This document shows, in pieces, positions 41,255-52,840 of a stretch of DNA of 64,000 nt (within the stretch, counting starts at the first letter, position 1; each line of letters starts with the position of its first letter). A model generated the notes under the pieces. The model saw nothing but the letters and a program-made list of their open reading frames with translations. It had not been told where the DNA came from and ran no database searches. Source of the DNA: Chrysomallon squamiferum (lineage: Eukaryota; Animalia; Mollusca); assembly GCA_012295275.1 (NCBI GenBank), contig CM022665.1:46686001-46750000 (forward strand). The letters run 5' to 3'. The position numbers and the translations under genes were made by a program.

Positions 41255-41300
41255 ATGACCTTCACCCCCTGCGGAAGTTCAGGAATTTCCAAAAATGGCG
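41255..41300 (+). promoter_or_regulatory. Parvin proximal promoter / start region motifs
   Basis: gCGGAAGT (ETS-like, ~41271), GGAATTTCC (kappaB-like, 41282-41290) and AAAATGGCG (YY1-like, overlapping the ATG). Motif matches only. Confidence 0.4.
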
Positions 41301-41403
41301 ACTTCGCCTAACACTTCCACTTTGACTCCCAAGCCGAAAAAGGAGGAATCGTTTTTAGACAAACTTGGAGGAACTTTAGCTAGGAAGAAAAAGGCAAAAG
41401 AAG
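41295..41403 (+). CDS. PARVB: Parvin exon 1
   Basis: MATSPNTSTLTPKPKKEESFLDKLGGTLARKKKAKE, donor G|gtcagg. Confidence 0.93.
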
Positions 41404-44192
41404 GTCAGGCTTATAATTATATTGTTTGATATGTCATAGATAAAATATTAGTTGAATTTTATTACAAAATTCTGATCGATTCACACTTTCTGATTAAGAT
41501 CATTTCATCGTGAATTCCTTCTTCCATTTTTGGGCATCCAGAGCAAATGTTTCCGGCGATTTTGCTGATTTAAATATTGACATTAACATAAAACTGCAGC
41601 GAAACATTACATAGCATATTTAGAATTTATTGGTTTGTTATTACTAACGATATTATTTATATCTGATACTTTTTAAATTTTTGATATGCAAACTATTTTA
41701 ATATAAATATGATTAATGAAACAGTAAAATGATGGAATTTCAAATTGTACTAAGAATAAATTATTAGTCTATTGTTTGTGTTGTTATTTTGTTCACAAAG
41801 AACATTTCTACAAATGACTCATAATATCTGAATGATTAATGATTAAAAAAAAAAAAAAAAAAAAAAAAAAATTAAAGATTTAAAATTATATTTAATTTAA
41901 ATGTTCTGGTCTAGAAATTGTGTATCTTCAGCAGGGAAAATACTTGCAGAAATATTTAAAACTCTCTTAGCTAGATTTTGCAGTAGTTTTCAAAAGTTAC
42001 CTGTATTCTTGCTGCTGTGAATAACTTACAAACTGTTCTTTATCATTAATTAAATTAGTGAAGGCTGTATTTTTACACATTTTTCAGTCTTAAAGATACT
42101 GATAGCATTACTCATCTGTCAGTTGCTGAGACATTGAAGGCTATATATTTTTTTTTTTTACACAATTTTCATTTACTGAAATATAAATCATTAATTCATT
42201 TATACATTTGTTTTTATATAGCCTTAAAGACACAAACTTGTATTCAACCAACTGAAAATTATCAAACAACACTCTATGCCATTAGTGATTAAGTAAATTT
42301 ATTTTAATTAACTTGTTTTGTAATGAAAAATAATTGGGGATGCAAATTAATTTCTAAAGTTCAAATTTTAATTTGTTTTTGTTTACTAAATAACTTTCTG
42401 GAAGAAAATTGTTTATTTATTTACTTAATTTAATTATTTTTATTTATTTTTTTTAATTTTTCAGTGACTGAGTTACAGGAAGAAGGGAAAAATGCCATTG
42501 AATCACCGACAAGTCCTACAATACCTGATGTTGGCCCAGAAGGCTACCATCTTGGTAAGATTTTCTGTTTTTCAAAAAACTGTTTTGGCTGAATCTTTTA
42601 CAGAATTTTAAGAAGTTAAAATGATTTTGTTTTCTTTACTCACGTGCTGGAAAACACTGAGCATCTAAATTTTAGAGTTGCTAACAAATTGTCTTAATGT
42701 AACTGTGGGCAATCTTTATTAATAATAAAGTATAATGATTAATTTGGAAGGTTTGCTGAAATGCCAGCTTTAGAGATTGACTGTTCTTCTTTTTTTTTTT
42801 TTTTTTTTTTTCTTATATTATTTTTATTTGTTTTTATTTTTTATTTATTTTTGTCATTATTAATACTTTTTAAATATTATTATTTATATTTTCATTATTT
42901 TAATATTTATTTTTCATATTTTATTATTATTTTATTTTATTTTATTTTATAATTTTGTGTTATTTTCAGGTGAAAATGAAGAACGTTCCATGATTGAGCC
43001 AAATTCTCGCGAAGATCCAAAACTCAAAGAACTTATTAAAGTAAATATTTAACAAATTTATTAATAATGGCAATACATTTCATGAAGTAGATAGCATGCA
43101 GATAAAAATTAAGTTAATTAAAATATTATAATTTTAATTTATTTCTTATTGGATAGATAATATTGCATAAATCTTGAAAACCAAAAAGGATTAGTTTTTA
43201 AATTACTTTTATTTATTATTTTCTTTTTTTAAATTTGATATATTCTTGAATTAATATAAAATAATTAAGTATAACATAAAATATAATTATCACACATAAT
43301 ACGAAATATAAGAGTTAACATTAATTATTAGTTACGTACTGTAAACAATTGACATTCCTGATATTTTCTTTAGTAAGGGAGACAACTCTGATGTTGATAA
43401 CAATTTTCTTTCAGTAATATAAAAACTAGCACTCTGTTATTATTATTTAAAAATAATATTTATTTCATAACAATATAAAAATTAGAAATGTTACTGATTT
43501 GTATTTATTTAAAAAAAAAATATCAGTAGTTTTTAGAATTTCTGGATTTATTATTAACAAGTTATAAAAGCTGTGACAAAGTTTTTAAAACTGAAGTGAA
43601 TTTCAGACTCTGTTAGACTGGATCAACGATGAGTTGGCCTCTCACAGAATCATCGTCAAAGACATTGAGGAGGATCTTTTTGATGGGCAGATTTTGCAGA
43701 AACTTATTGGTGAGTTGTTTTATTTGTAAAACTCTTAAACTACAGCTCAAAACACTCTAATTCTCCTGTTTGTAAATCTTTTTATATTACAGCTGAGAAC
43801 TTGGAACTCTCCTGTTTGTAAAACTTTATATTACAACTCAAAACATTCTAATTCTCTTATTTGTAAATCTTTTTATATTACAGTTCAGAACTTGGAACTC
43901 TCCTGTTTGTAAAACTTTATATTACAACTCAAAACATTCTAATTCTCTTATTTGTAAATCTTTTATATTACAATTCAGAACTTGGAACTCTCCTGTTTGT
44001 AAAACTTTCACATTACAGCTTAAAACATTATAATCCTATTTGTAAAAAATTAAGACTTTATTTTAACTTAAAACAAAGGACTCTCCTATTTGTAAAAAGC
44101 TTTTTCTAGGCTTTTCCTATATGCTTTTTCTATTAACTCAAAACATTAGAAATGCTGTCTTGCATATCTCTTCATAATCATTCACATTTTCA

Positions 44193-44235
<43 letters not shown>

Positions 44236-46892
44236 GAATTTGAGTATTTACTTGCAATCTTTTATACACATAGATACTGGATGTTCAGTTATTTATGAAC
44301 ACATACACTTTTACTTACACATCTGGATAAACAATTATGTATGCCTAAACAGAGTGATGTATATGTGAAAACACACACAGATAAATGGACACACTCAATG
44401 ACACAAACACAGACACACAGAACCAAACAGACAAATTCACAACACTTAAACAGACATGAACAAGTACAGACACACACACACATACAAACATATACCTTAC
44501 TCACTACCACAGTTAGAATATTTTTCTCATTTTAAGCTGATCAAAGAATGAACCAGCTACATACACATCTATCAAAACATTCAGAACAAAAATTATCCAT
44601 TTTTCAAAAATATTTTTTGACAAGTTACATCTAATACTTTCAGTATTTCTGAAAAACTTGTCCCACAGTTTGTTTTTGCCTCCATTTTATTATTATTATT
44701 TTTCTAATGATTGTTATTTTTTTTTTATATTTGTGTTTTATTAATAATTTTTCTATATTTGTAAATTTCAGAAAAACTCTTTTCTAATGATTGTATATTT
44801 TTCTATATTTGTAATTTTCAGAAAAAAATGATTTGCATTTTTTCTATATTTGTAATTTTCAGAAAAACTCTTTTTAATATTTGTATTTTTTCTATATTTG
44901 TAATTTTCAGAAAAACTCTTTTCTAATGACTGTATTTTTTCTATATTTGTAATTTTCAGAAAAACTCTTTTCTAATGATTGTATTTTTTCTATATTTGTA
45001 ATTTTCAGAAAAACTCTTTTCTAATGATTGTATTTTTTTTTATATTTGTAATTTTCAGAAAAACTCTTTTCTAATGATTGTATTTTTTCTATATTTGCAA
45101 TTTTCAGAAAAACTCTTTTCTAATGAATGTATTTTTTTATATTTGTAATTTTATTTTTTTAATGATTTATTTTTTCTATATTTGTAATTTTCAGAAAAAC
45201 TCTTTTCTAATGATTGTATTTTTTTATATTTGTAATTTTCAGAAAAACTTTTCTAACGATTGTATATTTTTTCTATATTTGCAATTTTCAGAAAAACTCT
45301 TTTCTAACGATTGTATTTCTTTTTATATTTGCAATTTTCAGAAAAACTCTTTTCTAACGATTGTAATTTTTTCTATATTTGTAATTTTCAGAAAAACTCT
45401 TTTCTAATGACTGTATATATTTCTATATTTGTAATTTTCAGAAAAACTCTTTTCTAATGAATGTACCCCTCCTATGGAATTTTCAGAAAAACTCTTTTCT
45501 AATGAATGTATTTTTTTCTATATTTGTAATTTTCAGAAAAACTCTTTTCTAATGAATGTATATATTTCTATATTTGTAATTTTCAGAAAAACTCTTTTCT
45601 AATGAATGTATTTTTTTCTATATTTGTAATTTTCAGAAAAACTCTTTTCTAATGAATGTATATATTATTTTTTTTTTCAGAAAAACTCTGCAATGTGAAG
45701 ATAGATTCTTAGCTGTCTCTGTCGGACAGAAGCAGAAGCTGCGAAGTCAGTGGTTTCAAACATCCTCAACCTGCACCCCTCCTGGAACCAGCAGAAGTGT
45801 AGCGTTGATAGTCAGTGGTTTAAACTGTGTTGATAGTGATTTAAACTATTCTTAACTATGTGTTGATAGTCAGGGGTTTAAACTGTGTTCTTAGCTGTGT
45901 CTGTTGATAGTCAGTGGTTTAAACTGTGTTGATAGTGATTTAAACTGCTCTTAACCAAGTGTTGATAATCAGTGGTTGAAATTATTCTTAGCTATGTCTT
46001 GATAGAGATTTAAACTGTTCTTAACTAAGTGTTGATAATCAGTGGTTTAATCAGTGTATTCTTAACTATGTCTGTTGATAATTGGTTTAATCAGTGTATT
46101 CTTAACTGTGTCTGTTGTTAATATTTAAGTGGTTACAACTGAGTGTACTATTCTTTTTCTTCCTCAAAAATGGTGCAATGTGTGTCTGTGTACAGCAGTT
46201 ACTTGTTTTCAGTTCAGAAGCTGAGTCTGTGTGTGTGTGTGTAAGTTAGTGTATTTTAACAGTGTTATTTTTGTTGTTTGTTTTCAGGTATTCATTCTAA
46301 AAACTTCGTAGCTATTCTTCACTTGCTTGTCTGTATGTATGTGTGTAAGTTAATTTATTTTAACAGTGTTTTTTCTGTTTTGTTTTCAGGTATTCATTCT
46401 AAAAACCTCGTAGCTATTCTTCACCTGCTTGTCGCTCTTGCTCGTCACTTTCGAGCACCAATCAGAATGCCGGAAAATGTGTCGGTCATTCTGCTGGTAG
46501 TACAGGTAAATACATCATCGTCATCATCATCAACATCATCATCATCATTATCATCATTGTAGTGTATCCCATTATTGAGAGAAAGTGTGAATACGTCATT
46601 ATTATTGTATAGCCGTAGATCTTGTTGACTTAAAGCCTCTGCTTTTATGCAGTTCTCTGCCAGTTCCTTACCAGTAATCATCTTGTTCATCTATCATCTT
46701 CTCTTACTCTTCTTTATGAAATAATTACTAAACCCGCAAATATTTACATACAGCACACACGTGTGCACAGTCATATACACATGCACATGCAAAATACATA
46801 CATACATACATAATCTTATTCACATAAATAGTAATACTCATACATTCAATTGATACATTCACAGATATGCACTTGTACAGACACATACTCAG

Positions 46893-46930
<38 letters not shown>

Positions 46931-48252
46931 ACACAGATATATATTAACATGCATATTTACATAGTTACATACGTAGATATATATCTACATACATATCACA
47001 TTTCTGGTGTTTGAATTGTTTTCATGAAAAAAACGTTAATAGTAATATTTCTGCCACTTTTTTTAATTTGTTGTAGAAAGTTGAAAACATTCTGCAAACT
47101 AGAAGGATAGAGGAGGAAATTACCTCAACTAATGAGTAAGTAAATTTTTACAATATTCAGAACACAGAGAGTTGGGCCATTTTTTTATTTCTGTTTTTAT
47201 TGTTTTTTTATATTGTATAACTATCTGTATATTTTGTTTTTTATATTATGTAATTTTGTAAGTATTTTATAAACTATACTTTAAATTGTCCTTACTATTA
47301 ATATATCTATATATCTTTATCAATATCCAGATATATATATCTATATCTGTCCATATCTATACCTATGTCTATATCTATCTATGTATCTAACTATATCTAT
47401 CTATATATCTATCTATATATCTATCTATTTCTTTCAATAAAAGCAAGTATATTGAAAGGGTATTACTTTTGGCACATCCTATAATTTATATAATCACATT
47501 TTGTTTTTTTAATTTAGAATATTATTTTCTCTGCAATATTGTATAAGCAAATCATTTTAAATTGTAATTAAATTCTTGGTAATTTTTACTTTATAGATAA
47601 TGTAACATAATTTATAAAATTCATATAATCAAAAAAAATAAGAAATATAAAACATTTTTGTTTTTTAATTTAGAATTTTATTTTTTAACTATTGTTTTCC
47701 CTTCTATTCTGAAGAACAAATCAGCTTTTGAATAAGCACCTCAGAAAAAAATCATTTTAAATTTTGTAACAGATTAAAAAAAAAAATTCTTAATAATAAA
47801 AATCATTTAATGTAATAATAATATTTTATATTAAAAAATGAAATTAACACTTTTTTTTTTTTTGCTGTTTCGTTTTCAGTGATATTGGTGCTAGATTTGG
47901 TAAGTTTCATTCTTTCTTCCTTTCATTTATTTTATTTTTATTTATTTATTTAAACATTAATGATGTTGTGATTACATTCTCAGAATTTTTGTTTTTTTCT
48001 TCTTTTACTTTTTAAATCATATCTATATATTTAAATAGATTTGTAAGGATTATTCACTAATTTAAAACACACTACATTACAACAGTTTACATCTTTCACT
48101 GTAATAAAAATTATAACCCAGGACATTAAGTTTGAAATTCTCTTCAATCAACTCAACAAAAACAGTGACGTTTTCTCTAGCTTCACAATGTTGTTACAAA
48201 CAAAACTAAAATAAAGATTTAATAACATATTGAGAATGATAACAATATGATA

Positions 48253-48285
<33 letters not shown>

Positions 48286-48774
48286 TTATTTTTTTTTATT
48301 TTCTGTTTACAGAGAGAGATGCTTTTGACACCCTGTTTGATCATGCCCCAGACAAACTGAATGTTGTCAAAAAGGTACATTTTAGTCTTTTGTGTGAAAC
48401 AAGAAAAATTGTATTTTGAGATTTAAATAAATTAATTAATTAATTAATTAATTAATTAGTGTGTGTTTGTATTTGTGTGTCAAATCCCATAATAAAATTT
48501 AAAATATAAAATGCAGATCTTGATAGAATGATCAGTTCATGGTTTTTTTACATGAAAATATCCAAACCATTGTATAAGAGTAGTCTCCCTTGGTAAAATT
48601 ATATAATGTTAGCAGCTAAGACTTAAATTAATTTTTTTTTTTAAGTTGATGAAATAAGAATTAATTATGAAACATTTGAAATTGTTCAACATTTAAATTA
48701 TTAGAAAAAAGAAAGTAATGGTTTTTATATTTTATATATTGCAGATATTCTGAAATAGGATACACAAATGTTTA

Positions 48775-48827
<53 letters not shown>

Positions 48828-50741
48828 GTTTAAATGATATCTATATATTCCTGAAGCAGAAAAATTGAATTTAAGGTCTTTCATTCGTAATTTTTTTTAA
48901 TTAATTAAGTAGAAAGTGTTCTGTATTTTAATTTAAACAAACATTTCTTTTTCTTGTATCTCACACACTCACACATACACATATTTTTTATTATTGTTTT
49001 TTTATTTTTTATTTTTTCTTTTTTTTCAGACACTAGTGACCTTTGTCAACAAACAGCTCATGAATATTAATCTTGAGGTCACTGACCTTGATACACAGGT
49101 CAGTAGCACTTTACTTAAATTAGTTGATAAGAATTATATTGATATTTTTAAAGATAATGTTCTCAAAAATTATTTTTGGACAAAAGTTAATTTATTAAAA
49201 TGTGTTTTTCTTAAACTTTAACTGACAGTTTTTATATAATATTTTTTCTGTGTCAAAGATTGTTTTATTTTTAAAAATGTTTATATTCATTCTGTTTTGC
49301 TTAGTTAATCAACTTAATGAAATATGGACGATCAGTGTTTTTTTATTTCAGTATTATTTGTAATTTATCTGCATATTTTTTTCAATCCTTTTTTTTTTTA
49401 GTTATTGTCATTACTTTAAAAATTATTTATTTGATATTGTATTTAAAATATTTATTACATAATTCTCTACAAATTGTTGTTATTTTAAAATGATTGATTA
49501 CTTAGTTCTATAAATTGTTATTTTAAAATTGTTTATTACATAGTTCTGTAAGTTGTTATTTTTGAATTATTAATTACATAGTTCTATAAGTTGTTGTTAT
49601 TTTAAAATGATTGGTTACATAGTTTTATAAGTTATTATTATTTTAAAATTATTTATTACATAGTTCTATAAGTTGTGATTATTTTAAATTTATTTATTAC
49701 ATAGTTCTATAAGTTGTTTTTATAAAATGATTGGTTACATAGTTTTATAAGTTGTTATTGTTATAAAATTATTTATTACATAGTTCTATAAGTTGTGGTT
49801 ATTTTAAAATTATTTATTACATAGTTCTATAAGTTGTAGTTATTTTAACATTATTTATTACATAGTTCTATAAATTGTTATTATTTTAAATTTATTTATT
49901 ACATAGTTCTATAAGTTGTTTTTATAAAATGATTGGTTACATAGTTTTTAAGTTATTATTATTTTAAAATTATTTATTAAATAGTTCTGTAAGTTGTTGT
50001 TATTTTAAAATTATTTATTACATAGTTCTATAAGTTGTTGATATTTTTTAAATTACATAGTTGTTGTTATTTTAAATTATTTTTTAAAATTAGTTTTATT
50101 TTACAGTTATTTATTACATAGTTCTATAAATTATTATTATTTTAAAATTATTTATTACACAGTTCTAGAATTGTTATTATTTTAAAATTATTTATTACAT
50201 AGTTCTTGTTATTATTATAAAAATTTATTACACAGTTCTATAAGCTGTTTATTTTAAAATTAAAACATAGTTTTGTTTATTAGTTTTATTACACAGTTCT
50301 ATAATCTGTGGTTATCTTAAAATTATTTATTGTACCACACAGTTCTATAAGTTGTTGATACTTTAAAATTATATATTACATGGTTCCAAATTGTTATTAT
50401 TTTTTAAGTATTTATCACACAGTTCTGTAAGTTGTTGTTATTTTAAAATGATTTATTACACAGTTCTGTAAGTTGTTGTTTTTTAAAATGATTTTTTACA
50501 CAGTTCTGTAAGTTGTTGTTATTTTAAAATGATTTATTACACAGTTCTGTAAGTTGTTGTTATTTTAAAATGATTTATCACACAGTTCTGTAAGTTGTTG
50601 TTATTTTAAAATCAGATTTATAAAAAACATTTTGTTTCAGTTTCATGACGGGGTGTATCTGGTTCTGATTATGGGATTACTGGAGAATTACTTTGTACCC
50701 CTTCACAGCTTCCTTGATCTCCAACCTATTATCAGAACAGG
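41295..50741 (+). CDS. PARVB: Parvin (alpha/beta-parvin family, two CH domains, ILK-PINCH-parvin complex), exons 1-11; 3' exons not seen; exons 5 and 11 frame-disrupted as given
   Basis: Exons at 41295-41403, 42465-42554, 42970-43040, 43607-43709, 45681-45810, 46390-46505, 47077-47135, 47880-47899, 48313-48374, 49030-49098 and 50641-50741. Diagnostic peptides are SFLDKLGGTLARKKKAKE, DWINDELASHRIIVKDIEEDLFDGQILQKL, LVAILHLLVALARHFRAPIR, ERDAFDTLFDHAPDKLNVVKK and FHDGVYLVLIMGLLENYFVPLHSF. The alpha versus beta label is not resolvable; invertebrates typically have one parvin. Confidence 0.95.
42465..42554 (+). CDS. PARVB: Parvin exon 2
   Basis: ttttcag|TG gives VTELQEEGKNAIESPTSPTIPDVGPEGYHL, donor G|gtaaga. 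Confidence 0.93.
42970..43040 (+). CDS. PARVB: Parvin exon 3
   Basis: GENEERSMIEPNSREDPKLKELIK, AG/GT boundaries. Confidence 0.93.
43607..43709 (+). CDS. PARVB: Parvin exon 4 (CH1)
   Basis: TLLDWINDELASHRIIVKDIEEDLFDGQILQKLI, donor G|gtgagt. Confidence 0.95.
43720..44100. repeat. ~45/91 bp dimeric minisatellite in parvin intron 4
   Basis: Alternating ctcctgtttgtaaaactttatattacaactcaaaacattctaatt and ctcttatttgtaaatctttttatattacagttcagaacttggaact. Confidence 0.9.
44700..45689 (+). repeat. 49-50 bp minisatellite whose unit is the parvin exon 5 3' splice site
   Basis: Unit tttctaatgattgtattttttctatatttgtaattttcagaaaaactct. There are 18 tttcag|aaaaa copies before the real acceptor at 45680. 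Confidence 0.95.
45681..45810 (+). CDS. PARVB: Parvin exon 5, corrupted in this sequence (stop plus two frameshifts)
   Basis: EKLCNVKID is followed by TAG at 45710-45712. VGQKQKLR (45721-45744) and NILNLHPSWNQQKCSVD (45759-45809) lie in other frames. Length is 130 nt, although flanking phases require a multiple of 3. Confidence 0.85.
45804..46140 (+). repeat. Degenerate repeat derived from the parvin exon 5 donor junction
   Basis: Recurrent gttgata(g/a)tcagtggtttaaactgtgttcttaactatgt. The first copy is the real GTTGATA|gtcagt junction. Confidence 0.85.
46390..46505 (+). CDS. PARVB: Parvin exon 6
   Basis: (S)IHSKNLVAILHLLVALARHFRAPIRMPENVSVILLVVQ, donor CAG|gtaaat. Confidence 0.93.
47077..47135 (+). 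CDS. PARVB: Parvin exon 7
   Basis: KVENILQTRRIEEEITSTN(D), donor GA|gtaagt. Confidence 0.92.
47880..47899 (+). CDS. PARVB: Parvin exon 8 (20-nt microexon)
   Basis: cgttttcag|T GAT ATT GGT GCT AGA TTT G|gtaagt encodes DIGARF and bridges phase 2 to phase 1 exactly. Confidence 0.88.
48313..48374 (+). CDS. PARVB: Parvin exon 9
   Basis: ERDAFDTLFDHAPDKLNVVKK, donor AAG|gtacat. Confidence 0.95.
49030..49098 (+). CDS. PARVB: Parvin exon 10 (CH2)
   Basis: TLVTFVNKQLMNINLEVTDLDTQ, donor CAG|gtcagt. Confidence 0.95.
49430..50612. repeat. ~40 bp AT-rich minisatellite filling parvin intron 10
   Basis: Unit ttattttaaaattatttattacatagttctataagttgttg, roughly 25-30 copies. Confidence 0.95.
50641..50741 (+). 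CDS. PARVB: Parvin exon 11 (3' end garbled)
   Basis: FHDGVYLVLIMGLLENYFVPLHSF, after which the frame loses similarity. It is 101 nt to the donor gtaatg at 50742, and unspliced reading hits TAA at 50743. Confidence 0.88.
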
Positions 50742-50789
50742 GTAATGCTTCTTTCTTTCTTTCTTTTCCTTGTTTCTTTCTATCTTTAT

Positions 50790-51260
50790 TTAGTCACTTA
50801 CCATCTGATCTGTTTACATACTGTGGTGCTGTCCTTTATTCTACAAGACCACCAAATCAGTCTGTCTTGTGACATCCAGTCAAACTTTGACATGGAACTG
50901 TATTATCATATGGGTAATGCTATCACAGGACAATTTAGCTCCAAACGTGCTGTTTGCTGAAGAACTGTGCCATTAAGGAAACTACACACAACTGAGGTTG
51001 AGGCTTTCAAATGTGACATAAGATCTTCTGCTGTCCTGAGTCATTGTGATGGTTCACCTCACTTGTACAGATTCCTGCTCTGCTGTGTACCAAAACAGTC
51101 TAACACAGGCCCTGTTGTCCTTGGTACACTGACAAGCTTCGTCCAGCAAAACATCTTAGATTGCTAAGTTGAAAATCAGGTGGTGGTATTCAAGATCGAC
51201 CAGTGGACGTCAAATGTACAAGGATCAGTGTGTGGTCATGGATGTTAGTCAAACAGTTTC
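50790..51260 (+). mobile_element. Possible decayed CR1/L2-type LINE ORF2 fragment
   Basis: A GC-richer, non-repetitive block. The peptide RTVPLRKLHTTEVEAFKCDIRSSAVLSHCDGS resembles the post-endonuclease linker of CR1/L2 ORF2 (recalled pattern RKLKxIDxxxFxxDI). Stops and frameshifts are present. Confidence 0.35.
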
Positions 51261-51595
51261 TGAGAATTTATGGCTTTATTTTTTACATATCATCATCATT
51301 GTCATTGATATGTTGTTGTTTTTTTAATATTTATTATTGTTGTTGTTTTGTTATTGTTATTGTGATTGCTATTATTGTTATTAGCCTTAAGGTTTGTTTT
51401 TTAACATTTATTAATATTATTATTATTCTTATTAGCATTAGTATGTTTTTTCTTTTATTATTTTTTATCATCATCATCATCATCATCATCTTTAATATGT
51501 TTATGCTTAACATTTATTTTATTTTTTTGTATTTCTTATTATCATCATTACCATCATCATTAATATGTTTTTTCTTAATATTTATGATTATTATG

Positions 51596-51690
<95 letters not shown>

Positions 51691-51979
51691 TACTACTACT
51701 ACTACTACTACTACTAATTTTAGAAGCTTTAATAGTTGAGGGTTTTTTTTTACAAATTTATTCTTCAACAAATTTTGGTTATTGGATCTGGATTTGATGT
51801 CATTTTGAGGAAAGAAAGTGAAGAATGTTTTAAAACTTGTATTTACATATTCACTGTGTGAGGTAACATTAATATATACATTACACCATAAACCAGAATA
51901 ACAGAACATTCCCTGGGTAACTTTTAAAACATCGATACAAAGCTTTTGTCAAGTTTATTTTTTATATCAGCTGACTTCA

Positions 51980-52292
51980 AATGAAATATTATCCATAATG
52001 CTATTAGTGAAATATTACCCATAATTCTCTAGGTGGAATATCACACTTAATCCTGTAGGTGAAATATTTCTCATAATAATGTAGATGAGATATTATCCAT
52101 AATTTTGAAACTGAAATACTACCCATAATGCTGTAGGTGAAATATCACCCATAATCCTCTGAGTGAAATATGTCCCATAGCTCTGTCAGTGAAATATTAC
52201 CCACAATGCTGTAGATGAAATATTACCCATAATTCTGGAAGTGAAATAGCTCCCATAATTCTTATGGCTGAAATATTACCCATAATGCTGTC
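51980..52292. repeat. ~26-31 bp minisatellite, ~10 copies
   Basis: Recurrent tgaaatattacccataat(g/t)ct. Confidence 0.85.
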
Positions 52293-52404
52293 TGTTGTGC
52301 TATATATATATATATATATATATACTGTCTTTGTTTATGCTGATGAGAAAAACACTACAAAGGAAACACCTATATGTGAAAATACCACCGTGCAGAGAAA
52401 ATGC

Positions 52405-52435
<31 letters not shown>

Positions 52436-52809
52436 GGGGGAGAGGGAGGGGGGAGAGTTGGGATGAAGAACTACAAGATAGAAATCTGAAGTTTTATTTT
52501 TATCTGATAATGTAAGAATGAACTGAAATTTGAAAACTTAAATAAACTATTTTTGAAAAATGTTTTAAATGTTTTAAATATGTAAAGTGAAATTTTGATT
52601 AACTAATTTTTTTAAACACTGAAGTTTTCTAGTGTTGTTATAATTTTCTTTTTGAGTATATTATTATCTACTACAACAATAATATTAAATTACTTATATT
52701 AAATATTTTTGAGTGTGTGGTTCTCTAATAAATTAATAATATTGTAAAATTTCTAACGTAGATAATTTTCTTTTTAAATTATGTTAAAAAGAAAGAAAAA
52801 TTGATATAA

Positions 52810-52840
<31 letters not shown>

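Noticed and set aside
45710-45712. Stop-codon readthrough or recoding at the parvin exon 5 TAG
   Set aside because: Two further frameshifts and repeat-derived insertions accompany it, so readthrough cannot restore the protein.
49430-50612. cag|TTCT|gtaagt microexon-like motif in later units of the intron 10 array
   Set aside because: Most units read tagttctataag, the upstream tract is A-rich rather than pyrimidine-rich, the unit does not match the exon 11 junction, and a 4-nt exon would frameshift. It is likely coincidental.
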